Source of the DNA: Nostoc sp. PCC 7120 = FACHB-418
GTDB taxonomy: Bacteria; Cyanobacteriota; Cyanobacteriia; Cyanobacteriales; Nostocaceae
Length of the DNA: 32,000 bases
Assembly: GCF_000009705.1 (NCBI RefSeq)
Contig: NC_003272.1
Span: 4,620,001-4,652,000, forward strand
Reading direction: 5' to 3'
In this document: positions 1 to 8,176 of the stretch, in pieces
How the letters are laid out: each line of letters begins with the position of its first letter
Position numbering within the stretch: position 1 is the stretch's first letter
Translations under genes and position numbers: made by a program
The notes under the pieces: model-generated
What the model saw: only the letters and a program-made list of their open reading frames with translations
The model's database searches: none
What the model was told of the DNA's origin: nothing

Positions 1-588
1 TTCATCTTGTTTGGTGTAACTTCTAGGAGCATTTGCCCCTAAAATTAATACCCCTTCATTACCAATTGGTTGACAAATTACGCCTTGGGTATTTTCTGGT
101 AAATAATCAAATTCAATTCGTCCTGGGTAGACATATAAAGCTACTAAATAAACAGGCTGTTGTTTTTCCAAAACTCGTTTAACGATCGCGCCTGGTGTAA
201 CTTCTGCCTTTGGTGCCAGAATACCGCGACGTAACAAAACCTTACCTTGATAGTAAACCACCAGCGATCGCGTTACTGTGTTAGTCAACAATAAATGAGA
301 TGCCCAGGCTAGTTCTGTTTTCACGGCTTCTGGTAAATCTGCTGCTAAAGCAAAACCTTCTTCGCCAATGAGTTCTACAGAATCAGGCGATCGCGGCTGT
401 ACCTGCTGCCAAATTAAACCCGTTAAAATTAGCACAGCACTCAAAATCACTCCCAGCACATCACCACGGGCTTGAGAGTTTGTCAATTCTGGTGTCAATA
501 AACGGTTAATTAGCAAAAGTATAGCGCCTAACCCACCTACTACTAAGGGTAAGCGCCGCAAAACTCGATTGGGATCAGGTTTGGTCAT
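1..588 (-). CDS. Partial CDS (first 196 codons, runs off the left edge): conserved cyanobacterial membrane protein, tentatively DUF2930 / 'cofactor assembly of complex C subunit B'-like
   Basis: Hand translation of the minus strand from ATG (plus 586-588) gives MTKPDPNRVLRRLPLVVGGLGAILLLINRLLTPELT... It stays open in frame to position 1 and has hydrophobic segments. The family name is from memory of similar N-termini and is unverified. Confidence 0.6.
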   Translation of the reverse strand, partial: MTKPDPNRVLRRLPLVVGGLGAILLLINRLLTPELTNSQARGDVLGVILSAVLILTGLIWQQVQPRSPDSVELIGEEGFALAADLPEAVKTELAWASHLLLTNTVTRSLVVYYQGKVLLRRGILAPKAEVTPGAIVKRVLEKQQPVYLVALYVYPGRIEFDYLPENTQGVICQPIGNEGVLILGANAPRSYTKQDE

Positions 589-589
589 T

Positions 590-638
590 AGTCGTTAGTC
601 CATAGTCAACAGTCAACAGTTAACAGTCAACAGTTAAC
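590..638. repeat. STRR-like heptamer tandem repeat (AGTCAAC/AGTTAAC, about 7 units, the first two degenerate)
   Basis: Direct reading gives agtcgtt agtccat agtcaac agtcaac agttaac agtcaac agttaac, between the left-edge CDS start and the rpaB stop. Confidence 0.85.
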
Positions 639-648
639 ACTTGTTCCT

Positions 649-1377
649 CTATTCTTCTCCTGGCTCAATTATGCGTTGAAACAAATAACCAGTACCCCTT
701 GCTGTGAGAATTAATTCTGGGTTGCTGGGGTCATCTTCTAATTTTGCCCGTAAGCGGGAGATATGCACATCCACCACGCGGGTATCTACATGGCGTTCGG
801 GAGTATAACCCCAGACTTCTTGTAAAATTTCCGAACGGGAAAAAGCTTCTCCAGAACGGCTGACTAGCAACTCTAGTAAACTGAATTCCATACCTGTCAA
901 GCGGATACGCTCATCGCCTTTGTAAACTTGGCGCTTGTTGGTATCAATTTTGATATTGCCAACGTGAATCACTCCAGAACTGGGAATACCAGAGGCACCA
1001 GTTTTATCTACCCGTCGTAATACTGAGCGAATTCTTGCTTCTAGTTCTTTGGGTGAAAATGGTTTAACTACGTAGTCATCAGCACCTAACTCTAGACCAG
1101 TGATGCGATCGGCAACGTCCCCTAAGGCTGTTAGCATAATTATGGGGACATCCGATTCTTTACGTAGTTCTTGACAAACACCGTAACCATCTAGTTTTGG
1201 CATCATTACATCCAAAACCACTAAATCGGGGTCAGATTTGCGGAATGTGTCTAAAGCTTCTTCGCCATCCCCTGCTGTGACTACATCGTAGCCAATCATT
1301 GAAAGGCGCGTTTCTAAAATTCGGCGAATGCTAGCTTCGTCGTCTACTACCAGGATTTTTTCTTTATGACTTTCCAA
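649..1377 (-). CDS. rpaB: OmpR-family response regulator RpaB (Ycf27)
   Basis: Receiver domain (KILVVDDE...DLVVLDVMMPKLDG...) plus a winged-helix OmpR C-terminus, and very close to known RpaB sequences. No ATG is available. The track start is TTG at 1386, only 2 nt after AAGGAG. TTG at 1377 gives M-ESHKEKILVVDD, which matches typical RpaB N-termini. Confidence 0.88.
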   Translation of the reverse strand: MESHKEKILVVDDEASIRRILETRLSMIGYDVVTAGDGEEALDTFRKSDPDLVVLDVMMPKLDGYGVCQELRKESDVPIIMLTALGDVADRITGLELGADDYVVKPFSPKELEARIRSVLRRVDKTGASGIPSSGVIHVGNIKIDTNKRQVYKGDERIRLTGMEFSLLELLVSRSGEAFSRSEILQEVWGYTPERHVDTRVVDVHISRLRAKLEDDPSNPELILTARGTGYLFQRIIEPGEE

Positions 1378-1553
1378 GTTTTTCAATGCTCCTTAACTAA
1401 ACTTTTCATGATTAATTTTTAATACCATAATATTAAGATATCATTCCTTCAAATGATTTGGAAAATGCTCTAACTCTTGCTATTAATCGGATTTTCAATT
1501 TGAGCAATACTTAAGGAAAAATTAAGATATTTCATATTAGTTAACATTTAATA

Positions 1554-3077
1554 ATGGCAAAGCCCAAAACTTTTTACATTTGTAACGAATGTGGAGCAGA
1601 ATCTCCCCAATGGTTTGGTAAGTGTCCAGCTTGTGGTACTTACAATTCCTTAGAAGAACAGATTACCATTCAATCTTCCGTAGATGTACCTAAGGGGGGA
1701 GTTAGTGGTTGGCACGCTTCTCAGAATAATGGCAAAGCACCTGTTAAGCCGCCAAAAGCACGAGCTTCTTTAACATTTGACCAAATTACCGATCGCCAAA
1801 TTGCACGTTGGGAGTCTGGCTATGGGGAACTGGATCGGGTACTTGGTGGTGGTGTGGTTCCGGGTTCGATGGTGTTGATTGGTGGCGATCCTGGTATCGG
1901 TAAATCTACTTTATTACTACAAGTTTCAAATCAATTGGCGCAGAGATATCGGATTCTCTATGTAACTGGCGAAGAATCTGGGCAACAGGTAAAGTTAAGA
2001 GCTTCTCGCTTAGGTGTGGCAAAATGCCTAAGTGTTGTAGGAGATGATCAGCAAGAAGAGTCAGAACAGACGTCTCCAGTATCAATAGCTGAAAGTGTAG
2101 GTGCAGATTTATATGTTCTTCCAGAGACAGATTTAGAAGAAATATTACGAGAGGTGGATTCTCTCAAGCCCAATGTGGCAGTGATTGATAGTATTCAAAC
2201 CGTGTTTTTTCCCGCCCTGACCTCTGCGCCTGGTTCAGTCGCCCAAGTCAGGGAATGTACAGCCGCCTTAATGAAAGTGGCAAAACACGAAGACATCACC
2301 ATGTTAATTGTCGGACACGTCACCAAAGAAGGTGCGATCGCCGGGCCAAAAGTTTTAGAACACCTAGTAGATACAGTACTCTATTTTGAAGGCGATCGCT
2401 TTGCTTCTCATCGGTTATTACGTACAGTTAAAAACCGCTTCGGTGCAACTCACGAAATCGGTATCTTTGAAATGGTGGCGAATGGATTGCGAGAAGTACC
2501 TAATCCCAGTGAGCTATTTCTAGGTAATCGTGATGATCCTGCTCCTGGTACAGCCATTGTTGTGGCTTGTGAAGGTACACGCCCTATTGTCGTAGAATTA
2601 CAAGCCTTAGTCAGTCCCACCAGCTACCCCTCTCCCCGCCGTGCAGGTACAGGTATAGACTATAACCGATTAGTCCAAATTCTCGCTGTGTTAGAAAAAC
2701 GCGTGGGAATCCCCATGTCCAAATTAGATTCTTACGTCGCTTCGGCTGGAGGATTAAACGTAGAAGAACCAGCCGTAGATTTAGGGATAGCCATTGCTAT
2801 CGTTGCCAGTTTCCGCGATCGCATTGTTGATCCCGGTACAGTCTTGATTGGGGAAGTCGGCTTGGGTGGACAAGTGCGATCGGTTTCCCAGATGGAACTC
2901 CGATTAAAAGAAGCAGCTAAACTGGGATTCAAGAAAGCGATCGTTCCTAAAGGTCAAAAATTTCCCGACTTTGACATAGAAATTATCCCAGTTGCCAAAG
3001 TCATAGATGCAATTATTGCCGCCATCCCTCACCAAGAACTAACAGAAGAGGACTTCAACCCAGATGAGGATGAATAA
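1554..3077 (+). CDS. radA: DNA repair protein RadA/Sms
   Basis: N-terminal zinc finger (CNECGAESPQWFGKCPACG), Walker A GDPGIGKST, the KNRFG motif and a Lon-like C-terminal domain. Confidence 0.95.
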   Translation: MAKPKTFYICNECGAESPQWFGKCPACGTYNSLEEQITIQSSVDVPKGGVSGWHASQNNGKAPVKPPKARASLTFDQITDRQIARWESGYGELDRVLGGGVVPGSMVLIGGDPGIGKSTLLLQVSNQLAQRYRILYVTGEESGQQVKLRASRLGVAKCLSVVGDDQQEESEQTSPVSIAESVGADLYVLPETDLEEILREVDSLKPNVAVIDSIQTVFFPALTSAPGSVAQVRECTAALMKVAKHEDITMLIVGHVTKEGAIAGPKVLEHLVDTVLYFEGDRFASHRLLRTVKNRFGATHEIGIFEMVANGLREVPNPSELFLGNRDDPAPGTAIVVACEGTRPIVVELQALVSPTSYPSPRRAGTGIDYNRLVQILAVLEKRVGIPMSKLDSYVASAGGLNVEEPAVDLGIAIAIVASFRDRIVDPGTVLIGEVGLGGQVRSVSQMELRLKEAAKLGFKKAIVPKGQKFPDFDIEIIPVAKVIDAIIAAIPHQELTEEDFNPDEDE

Positions 3078-3177
3078 GTAACAGGGGACAGGTGACAAAA
3101 TTTCCTTTACACCCTTACTTCATTAGCAGCGCAACTACGAGCAGCAGGTATTGAACCACAAGAGTAGACTTTTGACT

Positions 3178-3978
3178 ATGACTACTTTCTCTAACTACGT
3201 CCCCCAATCTGACCCGCCGCGTCCTCCGTGGGAAACCCTACCAACAATGTATGATTTACCTAGCGACAACCCAGAGGAGCCAGGCTTGCCAGACGATTTC
3301 CATTTTTTACAGCCCTTACTTTTATACTTAACCTTTCAACCAATTAACTGGAATCCCGAATTAGTTTACAGTGCGGCTGACCTGAATCTTTATTACGATC
3401 TTGATCATCCACTATGGTACAAACGCCCTGATTGGTTTGGCGTTGTGGGAGTACAAAAACTCTACAAAGGTGAAGATTTGCGTTTAAGTTATGTCACTTG
3501 GCAAGAACCCGCAAATCCCTTTGTCGTCGTGGAATTATTATCCCCAGGTACAGAAGATGAAGATTTAGGCATTACTCAAAAGCCAACAGCTAAACCTCCT
3601 AGCAAATGGGAAGTTTACGAGCGAATTTTGCGAATCCCTTACTATATTGTGTTTAGTCGCTACACCAATGAACTGAGAGCTTTTCAGTTAGTAGGTGGTC
3701 ATTATGAAGCGATAAATTTAACTGAGGGACGTATACTCATGCCAGAGTTGGGTTTAAGTTTGGGTGTATGGCAAGGAGCGTTTCGAGATATTAACAGGTT
3801 GTGGCTACGTTGGTTCACCTTAACAGGGGAATTAATTTCTGAGCCGACAGAAGAAGTTGTTGCAGCTACGGAACGAGCAATGATTGCTGAACAGGAAGTT
3901 GAAAAGGCAAAAAGAAAAGCAGAACAACTAGCAGAACGTCTGCGACAACTAGGAGTGAATCCTGATGAGCTAGTGTAA
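3178..3978 (+). CDS. Uma2-family (DUF820) PD-(D/E)XK endonuclease
   Basis: Motifs typical of cyanobacterial Uma2 proteins: YDLPSDNPEEPGLPDDFH, VVELLSPGTEDEDL and the C-terminal tail AERLRQLGVNPDELV. ATG at 3178 is preferred over the track's TTG at 3151. Confidence 0.8.
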   Translation: MTTFSNYVPQSDPPRPPWETLPTMYDLPSDNPEEPGLPDDFHFLQPLLLYLTFQPINWNPELVYSAADLNLYYDLDHPLWYKRPDWFGVVGVQKLYKGEDLRLSYVTWQEPANPFVVVELLSPGTEDEDLGITQKPTAKPPSKWEVYERILRIPYYIVFSRYTNELRAFQLVGGHYEAINLTEGRILMPELGLSLGVWQGAFRDINRLWLRWFTLTGELISEPTEEVVAATERAMIAEQEVEKAKRKAEQLAERLRQLGVNPDELV

Positions 3979-4071
3979 ACTATGCTTTTCAGATAAACCT
4001 GTAGATAGAATTGCGATCGCCTAAAACTTGTCACAATATATTGCGATCGCAATTTTGGGACAATAAATACT

Positions 4072-4965
4072 ATGGGTTTTGGTATTGGTGATTTATTCTG
4101 GATTTTTCTCCTCCTTTCTTCTCTACAACCCCTCTGGCAAAAACGCCAAGTAGAATATCGCCGCATCCGGGCTTTACAAGAGTTTCAACAAGAACGTAAA
4201 AGCCGGGTAATTTTACTCATACACCGTCAAGAGTCCATCAGTTTGTTGGGTATTCCCATCTCACGCTACATCACTATCGAAGACTCAGAACAAATACTTA
4301 GGGCAATTCGCCTCACACCCCCAGATGTACCCATAGACCTGATTCTACACACACCAGGGGGTTTAGTCTTAGCTACCGAACAAATAGCCAGAGCTTTAAT
4401 TCGTCACTCTGCCAAAGTTACCGTATTTGTACCCCACTATGCCATGAGCGGCGGTACCATGCTTGCCCTCGCCGCCGATGAAATCGTCATGGATGCCAAT
4501 GCTGTCTTAGGTCCAGTTGATCCCCAACTGGGTAATTTCCCCGCCGCCAGCATTCTTAAAGTTGTCAAAGATAAACCAATCGGGGAGATTGATGACCAGA
4601 CTTTAATCATGGCAGACCTAGCTGGCAAAGCTATTCAGCAAGTACAACGCTTCGTGCGAACTCTGCTCAAAGATAATATACCCAAACAAAAAGTTAACCC
4701 TGAAAATATCGAATCTATCATCGAAGCCTTGACCACTGGGCGAGTAACCCATGACTACCCCATCACCGTCGAAGAAGCTACAGAAATGGGGCTGCCCATA
4801 ACTGTAGGACTGCCCCGTTCTATCTACGAACTAATGGATTTATATCCCCAATCCCAAGGAGGAAGACCCAGCGTTCAGTATATTCCTATGCCTTATGATG
4901 ATCGCCGTCCAATCTTACCTATACCAAAAGGTAGACCCCTCGAAGAACCAAATCAAAAGAACTGA
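4072..4965 (+). CDS. SDH-family Clp-fold serine proteinase (ClpP/SppA-like, membrane anchored)
   Basis: N-terminal TM helix, then ...LILHTPGGLVLATEQIARAL...HYAMSGGTMLALAADEIVMD...GPVDPQ, characteristic of the PF01972-type Clp fold. Confidence 0.75.
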   Translation: MGFGIGDLFWIFLLLSSLQPLWQKRQVEYRRIRALQEFQQERKSRVILLIHRQESISLLGIPISRYITIEDSEQILRAIRLTPPDVPIDLILHTPGGLVLATEQIARALIRHSAKVTVFVPHYAMSGGTMLALAADEIVMDANAVLGPVDPQLGNFPAASILKVVKDKPIGEIDDQTLIMADLAGKAIQQVQRFVRTLLKDNIPKQKVNPENIESIIEALTTGRVTHDYPITVEEATEMGLPITVGLPRSIYELMDLYPQSQGGRPSVQYIPMPYDDRRPILPIPKGRPLEEPNQKN

Positions 4966-4995
4966 GGTTTGGGTATAGGGGGTTTTTAGCGTTAT

Positions 4996-5721
4996 TTAAG
5001 GTGTAGTTGTCGGCGATGCTGTTGGTGAGGGTGATTCCGTTGGCGAGGGTGATGCCTCCGGTTTAGCTGTTGGCGATTCCGTTGGTGAGGGTGATACTGT
5101 TGGTGTAGTTGCCGGCGATTTCGTTGGCGCAGGTGATGTTGTAGGTTTAGATGTTGGCGATGCTGCTGGTTTAGCTGTCGGTGATGCTGTAGGTTTGGCT
5201 GTCGGTGATGGCGACGGCTTCACCGTTGGTTGAGTACTCGGTTTACTGATGACTTTTTTGGCTTCTTCGTCCAACTTTTGACGAAGAGCTAAATTAGCAA
5301 TACCAGTTGCTTCTAGCTGATGTTTTTTCTGAAATTCTTTAATAGCTGCTTCAGTTTTGGGGCCGTAAAATTGATCACGAGGTAAAGGGGGATTTGTTTT
5401 TAGGACTGCATTTAAGTTTGCTTGCAAGATTTGAACGATATTTGCAGCAAAGTCTTGGGTTTTTGGCCCTGCAATCCCATCAACTGGGGTAAGCTTGTAA
5501 CCTTTTTGAAATTCACTGATAGCTTTTTTAGTTTCTGCGTCGCTGAGAGGCGTGTTTGTCACCTTGACGTTATAGCCTAAACCTCGTAAAACTGTACGAA
5601 ATTCCTGTGGCGTATAATTACGCTGACGATCTGCAAAAGTTGTATTTGAAATTACAAAACTAGCACTAATTACACAAGCTGTAGCAATTACTGCACTTGA
5701 TTTTCCAAACCCACACCACAT
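4996..5721 (-). CDS. Secreted peptidoglycan-binding protein (two PG_binding_1-like repeats) with a Pro/Thr/Ser-rich C-terminal tail
   Basis: Signal-like N-terminus. The motif ...GYK.TPVDGIAGPKT / ...FYGPKTEAAIKEFQKKH occurs twice. The C-terminal ~70 aa are PTAKP/SPTxSP low complexity, visible as degenerate DNA repeats at 4996-5230. Confidence 0.75.
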   Translation of the reverse strand: MWCGFGKSSAVIATACVISASFVISNTTFADRQRNYTPQEFRTVLRGLGYNVKVTNTPLSDAETKKAISEFQKGYKLTPVDGIAGPKTQDFAANIVQILQANLNAVLKTNPPLPRDQFYGPKTEAAIKEFQKKHQLEATGIANLALRQKLDEEAKKVISKPSTQPTVKPSPSPTAKPTASPTAKPAASPTSKPTTSPAPTKSPATTPTVSPSPTESPTAKPEASPSPTESPSPTASPTTTP

Positions 5722-5974
5722 ATTTAAAACTCCTTTGAGTTAAACCAAAAAATTGATAGACGTAAACAAGAGGACAATTTTACTTTGCTTTACAGTATTT
5801 GTCTAAGTTGTTCATAATTTTTGACGAATGATAACGCTTTTTAGTCTTAATCTAACTAACATATAATAGAAAGTTTTTCCTCAGCCACAGGAAATATCTT
5901 AGTTGGATTATTATGCAATGTATAAGAATTAAAAATGGTTTAGCTATAGGAAGTTGTATAATCTAAAACTAAAA

Positions 5975-7393
5975 ATGGCTAATCGAAAATTACCGAAAAA
6001 GCAGAATTTATACTTTGAAAGATTGATGGCAACTATTGCCACATTAAACTTATTCTTAGTTTTATTTGATTTGAGCTATGTGCCGTGGCGGGATTTTTAC
6101 TTACGGAAAGTACCAGAAATAACTAAAATTTATGACCCCATTAAGGGTATTGAACAGCACAGAGAAACGCAAAATTATTTAAATAAAATCAACCTTTTAA
6201 AAGCAGAGGTAAGTCAAACAGGTATTACATCACCAGCAGTAAAAACTCAATTACAAGAGATCAGTCGTCTTAGCAACGAGATGATTGAAGGTAACCCATT
6301 TGCCGCCGCAGGTAAAAGTGGGACTTTAGAAAGAATCAAAAAGCGAATGCGCGATCGCATCGGTAATGATTCAGCCAAACAATCATTTGCTACCTTTTGG
6401 AGCCAGCCATACCTATCTCAAAAAGGCTGGTTACAAGAAATTACCTTTTTTAACCAGAAAATCAGTCCTTTAATTGCTACAAATTATTACCGCCAAATCG
6501 GGGAAAACAACGAATTCATTAATTATTTTTGGCTGATAGATTTGCCATTTGTTTGCTTATTTGGCTTAGAGTTACTAGGACGCGTAATTTATATCAGAGG
6601 TAGGCATCCAGGGTTCAGCTGGTTAAATGCTATTTTGTGGCGATGGTATGATTTATTCCTATTAATTCCCTTCTGGCGCTGGTTGCGGATAATACCTGTA
6701 GCGATTCGCCTAGATCATGCCCATTTAATAAACCTACAACCCATAAATAAACAAATTCACCAAGTAGTTGTCGCTAATTTTGCTGAAGAACTCACAGAAA
6801 TTGTCATCATTCGCGTCATTAACCAGATTCAGGGATCAATTCAAAAGGGTGAAATTACACGCTGGTTGCTGCAAAACGACAAATTGCGTCCCTACATAGA
6901 CATTAACGATATCAATGAAGTGGAAGCGATCGCTGGTCTTTTAGTTCAAACTATCGTTGATCAAGTCTTGCCAAAAATCCAACCAGAACTCATTGCCTTA
7001 TTACAGCACAGTATCAACAGCGCCTTTCACCAAGTCCCCATCTACAAGAACCTACAAGCCTTACCCGGAGTTGGACAAGCTCAAAGCCAACTCAGCGAAC
7101 AACTAGCCACCCAAATTACCACAAATCTCTACAACGTCCTAGCCAGTGCTATCAAAGATCCCGTCGGTGCAAAACTCTCCAGCCAACTTGCCAATAGCTT
7201 TACCCAAGCCTTAGGCAACGAAATACAGCAAAAGCACGTACTCTCCGAAATCCAAAGTTTACTAGTTGACTTCCTAGAAGAAGTCAAACTCAACTACGTC
7301 CAGCGTTTATCCCAAGAAGACATCGACCAAATTATCGAACAAACTAGACAAATCAAATCAATTCCCAATTCGATGCTGAGGAGTAGAGAGTAG
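5975..7393 (+). CDS. Conserved membrane protein with a voltage-sensor-like TM segment cluster and a long helical soluble C-terminus
   Basis: Long ORF with TM segments (ATIATLNLFLVLFDLSYV; FWLIDLPFVCLFGLELLGRVIY; WYDLFLLIPFWRWLRIIPVAIRL). ATG at 5975 is preferred to the track's TTG at 5954, which overlaps a TATAAT at 5957-5962. The start is uncertain. Confidence 0.7.
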   Translation: MANRKLPKKQNLYFERLMATIATLNLFLVLFDLSYVPWRDFYLRKVPEITKIYDPIKGIEQHRETQNYLNKINLLKAEVSQTGITSPAVKTQLQEISRLSNEMIEGNPFAAAGKSGTLERIKKRMRDRIGNDSAKQSFATFWSQPYLSQKGWLQEITFFNQKISPLIATNYYRQIGENNEFINYFWLIDLPFVCLFGLELLGRVIYIRGRHPGFSWLNAILWRWYDLFLLIPFWRWLRIIPVAIRLDHAHLINLQPINKQIHQVVVANFAEELTEIVIIRVINQIQGSIQKGEITRWLLQNDKLRPYIDINDINEVEAIAGLLVQTIVDQVLPKIQPELIALLQHSINSAFHQVPIYKNLQALPGVGQAQSQLSEQLATQITTNLYNVLASAIKDPVGAKLSSQLANSFTQALGNEIQQKHVLSEIQSLLVDFLEEVKLNYVQRLSQEDIDQIIEQTRQIKSIPNSMLRSRE

Positions 7394-7425
7394 AGGAAAC
7401 AACCAATCACCACTGACTAAATGAG

Positions 7426-7454
7426 TATTGACTAATAAAGAAATGCGCTACACT
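7426..7454 (+). promoter_or_regulatory. Candidate sigma70-type promoter for the rimP operon leader
   Basis: TTGACT (7428-7433) lies 15 nt from TACACT (7449-7454). The alternative TATTGA (7426-7431) has a 17-nt spacer. By-eye match only. Confidence 0.35.
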
Positions 7455-7518
7455 CATGTTAGCGGCGAACCATCATCGGTTCGTCACAAGACTTCTTGGA
7501 AGATATACCTATCGCAGG

Positions 7519-7543
7519 AAGTGGGTTAATGCCCACTTTTTTT
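7519..7543 (+). terminator. Intrinsic terminator/attenuator hairpin immediately upstream of the rimP start
   Basis: Stem aagtggg (7519-7525) pairs with cccactt (7532-7538) around a 6-nt loop, and the T run continues to 7543. The rimP ATG follows 14 nt later. Confidence 0.6.
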
Positions 7544-7556
7544 ATTGTATTTGCAC

Positions 7557-8018
7557 ATGACTCATCCTTTAGTTCCACCAATTACAGATTTGGCAATACC
7601 AGTGGCAGAACAACTGGGATTGGAAGTCGTTGGCATCGTTTTTCACACCAACCAACGACCACCAGTATTGCGGATAGATATCCGTAATCCTCAACAGGAT
7701 ACTGGTCTGGATGATTGTGAGCGCATGAGCCGTGCTTTAGAAGCTGCCTTAGATGCAACGGAAATCATTCCAGATGCCTATGTCTTGGAAGTGTCGAGTC
7801 CTGGTATTTCGCGGCAACTGGTAACTGATCGGGAATTTATCTCTTTTAAAGGGTTTCCTGTAATTGTTTCCACTTCCCCACCCCACGAAGAACAACAAGA
7901 GTGGATTGGTCAGTTGATTCGCCGGGACGAGACAAAAGTTTACATAAATCAAAAAGGTCGCGTCATTGAAATTCCTCGCCCCCTAATTACTAGGGTGTTG
8001 CTATATGACGGCGAATAG
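7557..8018 (+). CDS. rimP: Ribosome maturation factor RimP
   Basis: The sequence ...[23 protein letters not shown]...[12 protein letters not shown]... is typical of RimP and sits first in the rimP-nusA-ylxR-infB order. ATG at 7557 is preferred because the track's TTG at 7545 lies in the terminator T-tract. Confidence 0.9.
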   Translation: MTHPLVPPITDLAIPVAEQLGLEVVGIVFHTNQRPPVLRIDIRNPQQDTGLDDCERMSRALEAALDATEIIPDAYVLEVSSPGISRQLVTDREFISFKGFPVIVSTSPPHEEQQEWIGQLIRRDETKVYINQKGRVIEIPRPLITRVLLYDGE

Positions 8019-8039
8019 ACGACGGACTAGAGATTAGGG

Positions 8040-8154
8040 ACTGGGGACTGGGGACTGGAAGGAGGTAAGGAAGGATAATTTTCCTCCGACTCCCTTGTTA
8101 CCCTATCTTTTTATTTTCCCTATGCCCAGTACTCAATACCCAATCCCCAGTCCC
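8040..8154. repeat. STRR heptamers (GGGACTG x3) and their inverted complement (CCCCAGTCCC) flanking a GGAGG/CCTCC core in the rimP-nusA spacer
   Basis: gggactg occurs at 8040-8046, 8047-8053 and 8054-8060. The inverse copies are cccagtac (8125-8132) and ccccagtccc (8145-8154). Together they can form a long-range stem. Confidence 0.8.
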
Positions 8155-8176
8155 GAATATATAAAGGAGATTGCTT

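Noticed and set aside
1387-1553. RpaB HLR1 boxes or NtcA (GTA-N8-TAC) sites in the rpaB/radA spacer, and likewise in the ndhC/rubA and psaI promoter regions
   Set aside because: I looked for (G/T)TTACA direct repeats and GTA-N8-TAC. I found only partial matches, such as the attaagatat direct repeat at about 1429 and 1522, which is not convincing without a matrix scan.
3702-4166. 154-aa minus-strand ORF bridging the Uma2 gene and the protease gene
   Set aside because: It is antisense to two well-supported genes and crosses their intergenic HIP1 palindromes, with an R/S/C-rich improbable composition.
3178-4965. Uma2 nuclease plus Clp-fold serine protease as a two-gene system
   Set aside because: The genes are separated by 93 bp containing two HIP1 palindromes, and there is no overlap or coupling. 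The SDH-type protease looks like a widely conserved membrane protease, and Uma2 genes are scattered in many copies. Adjacency alone is insufficient.
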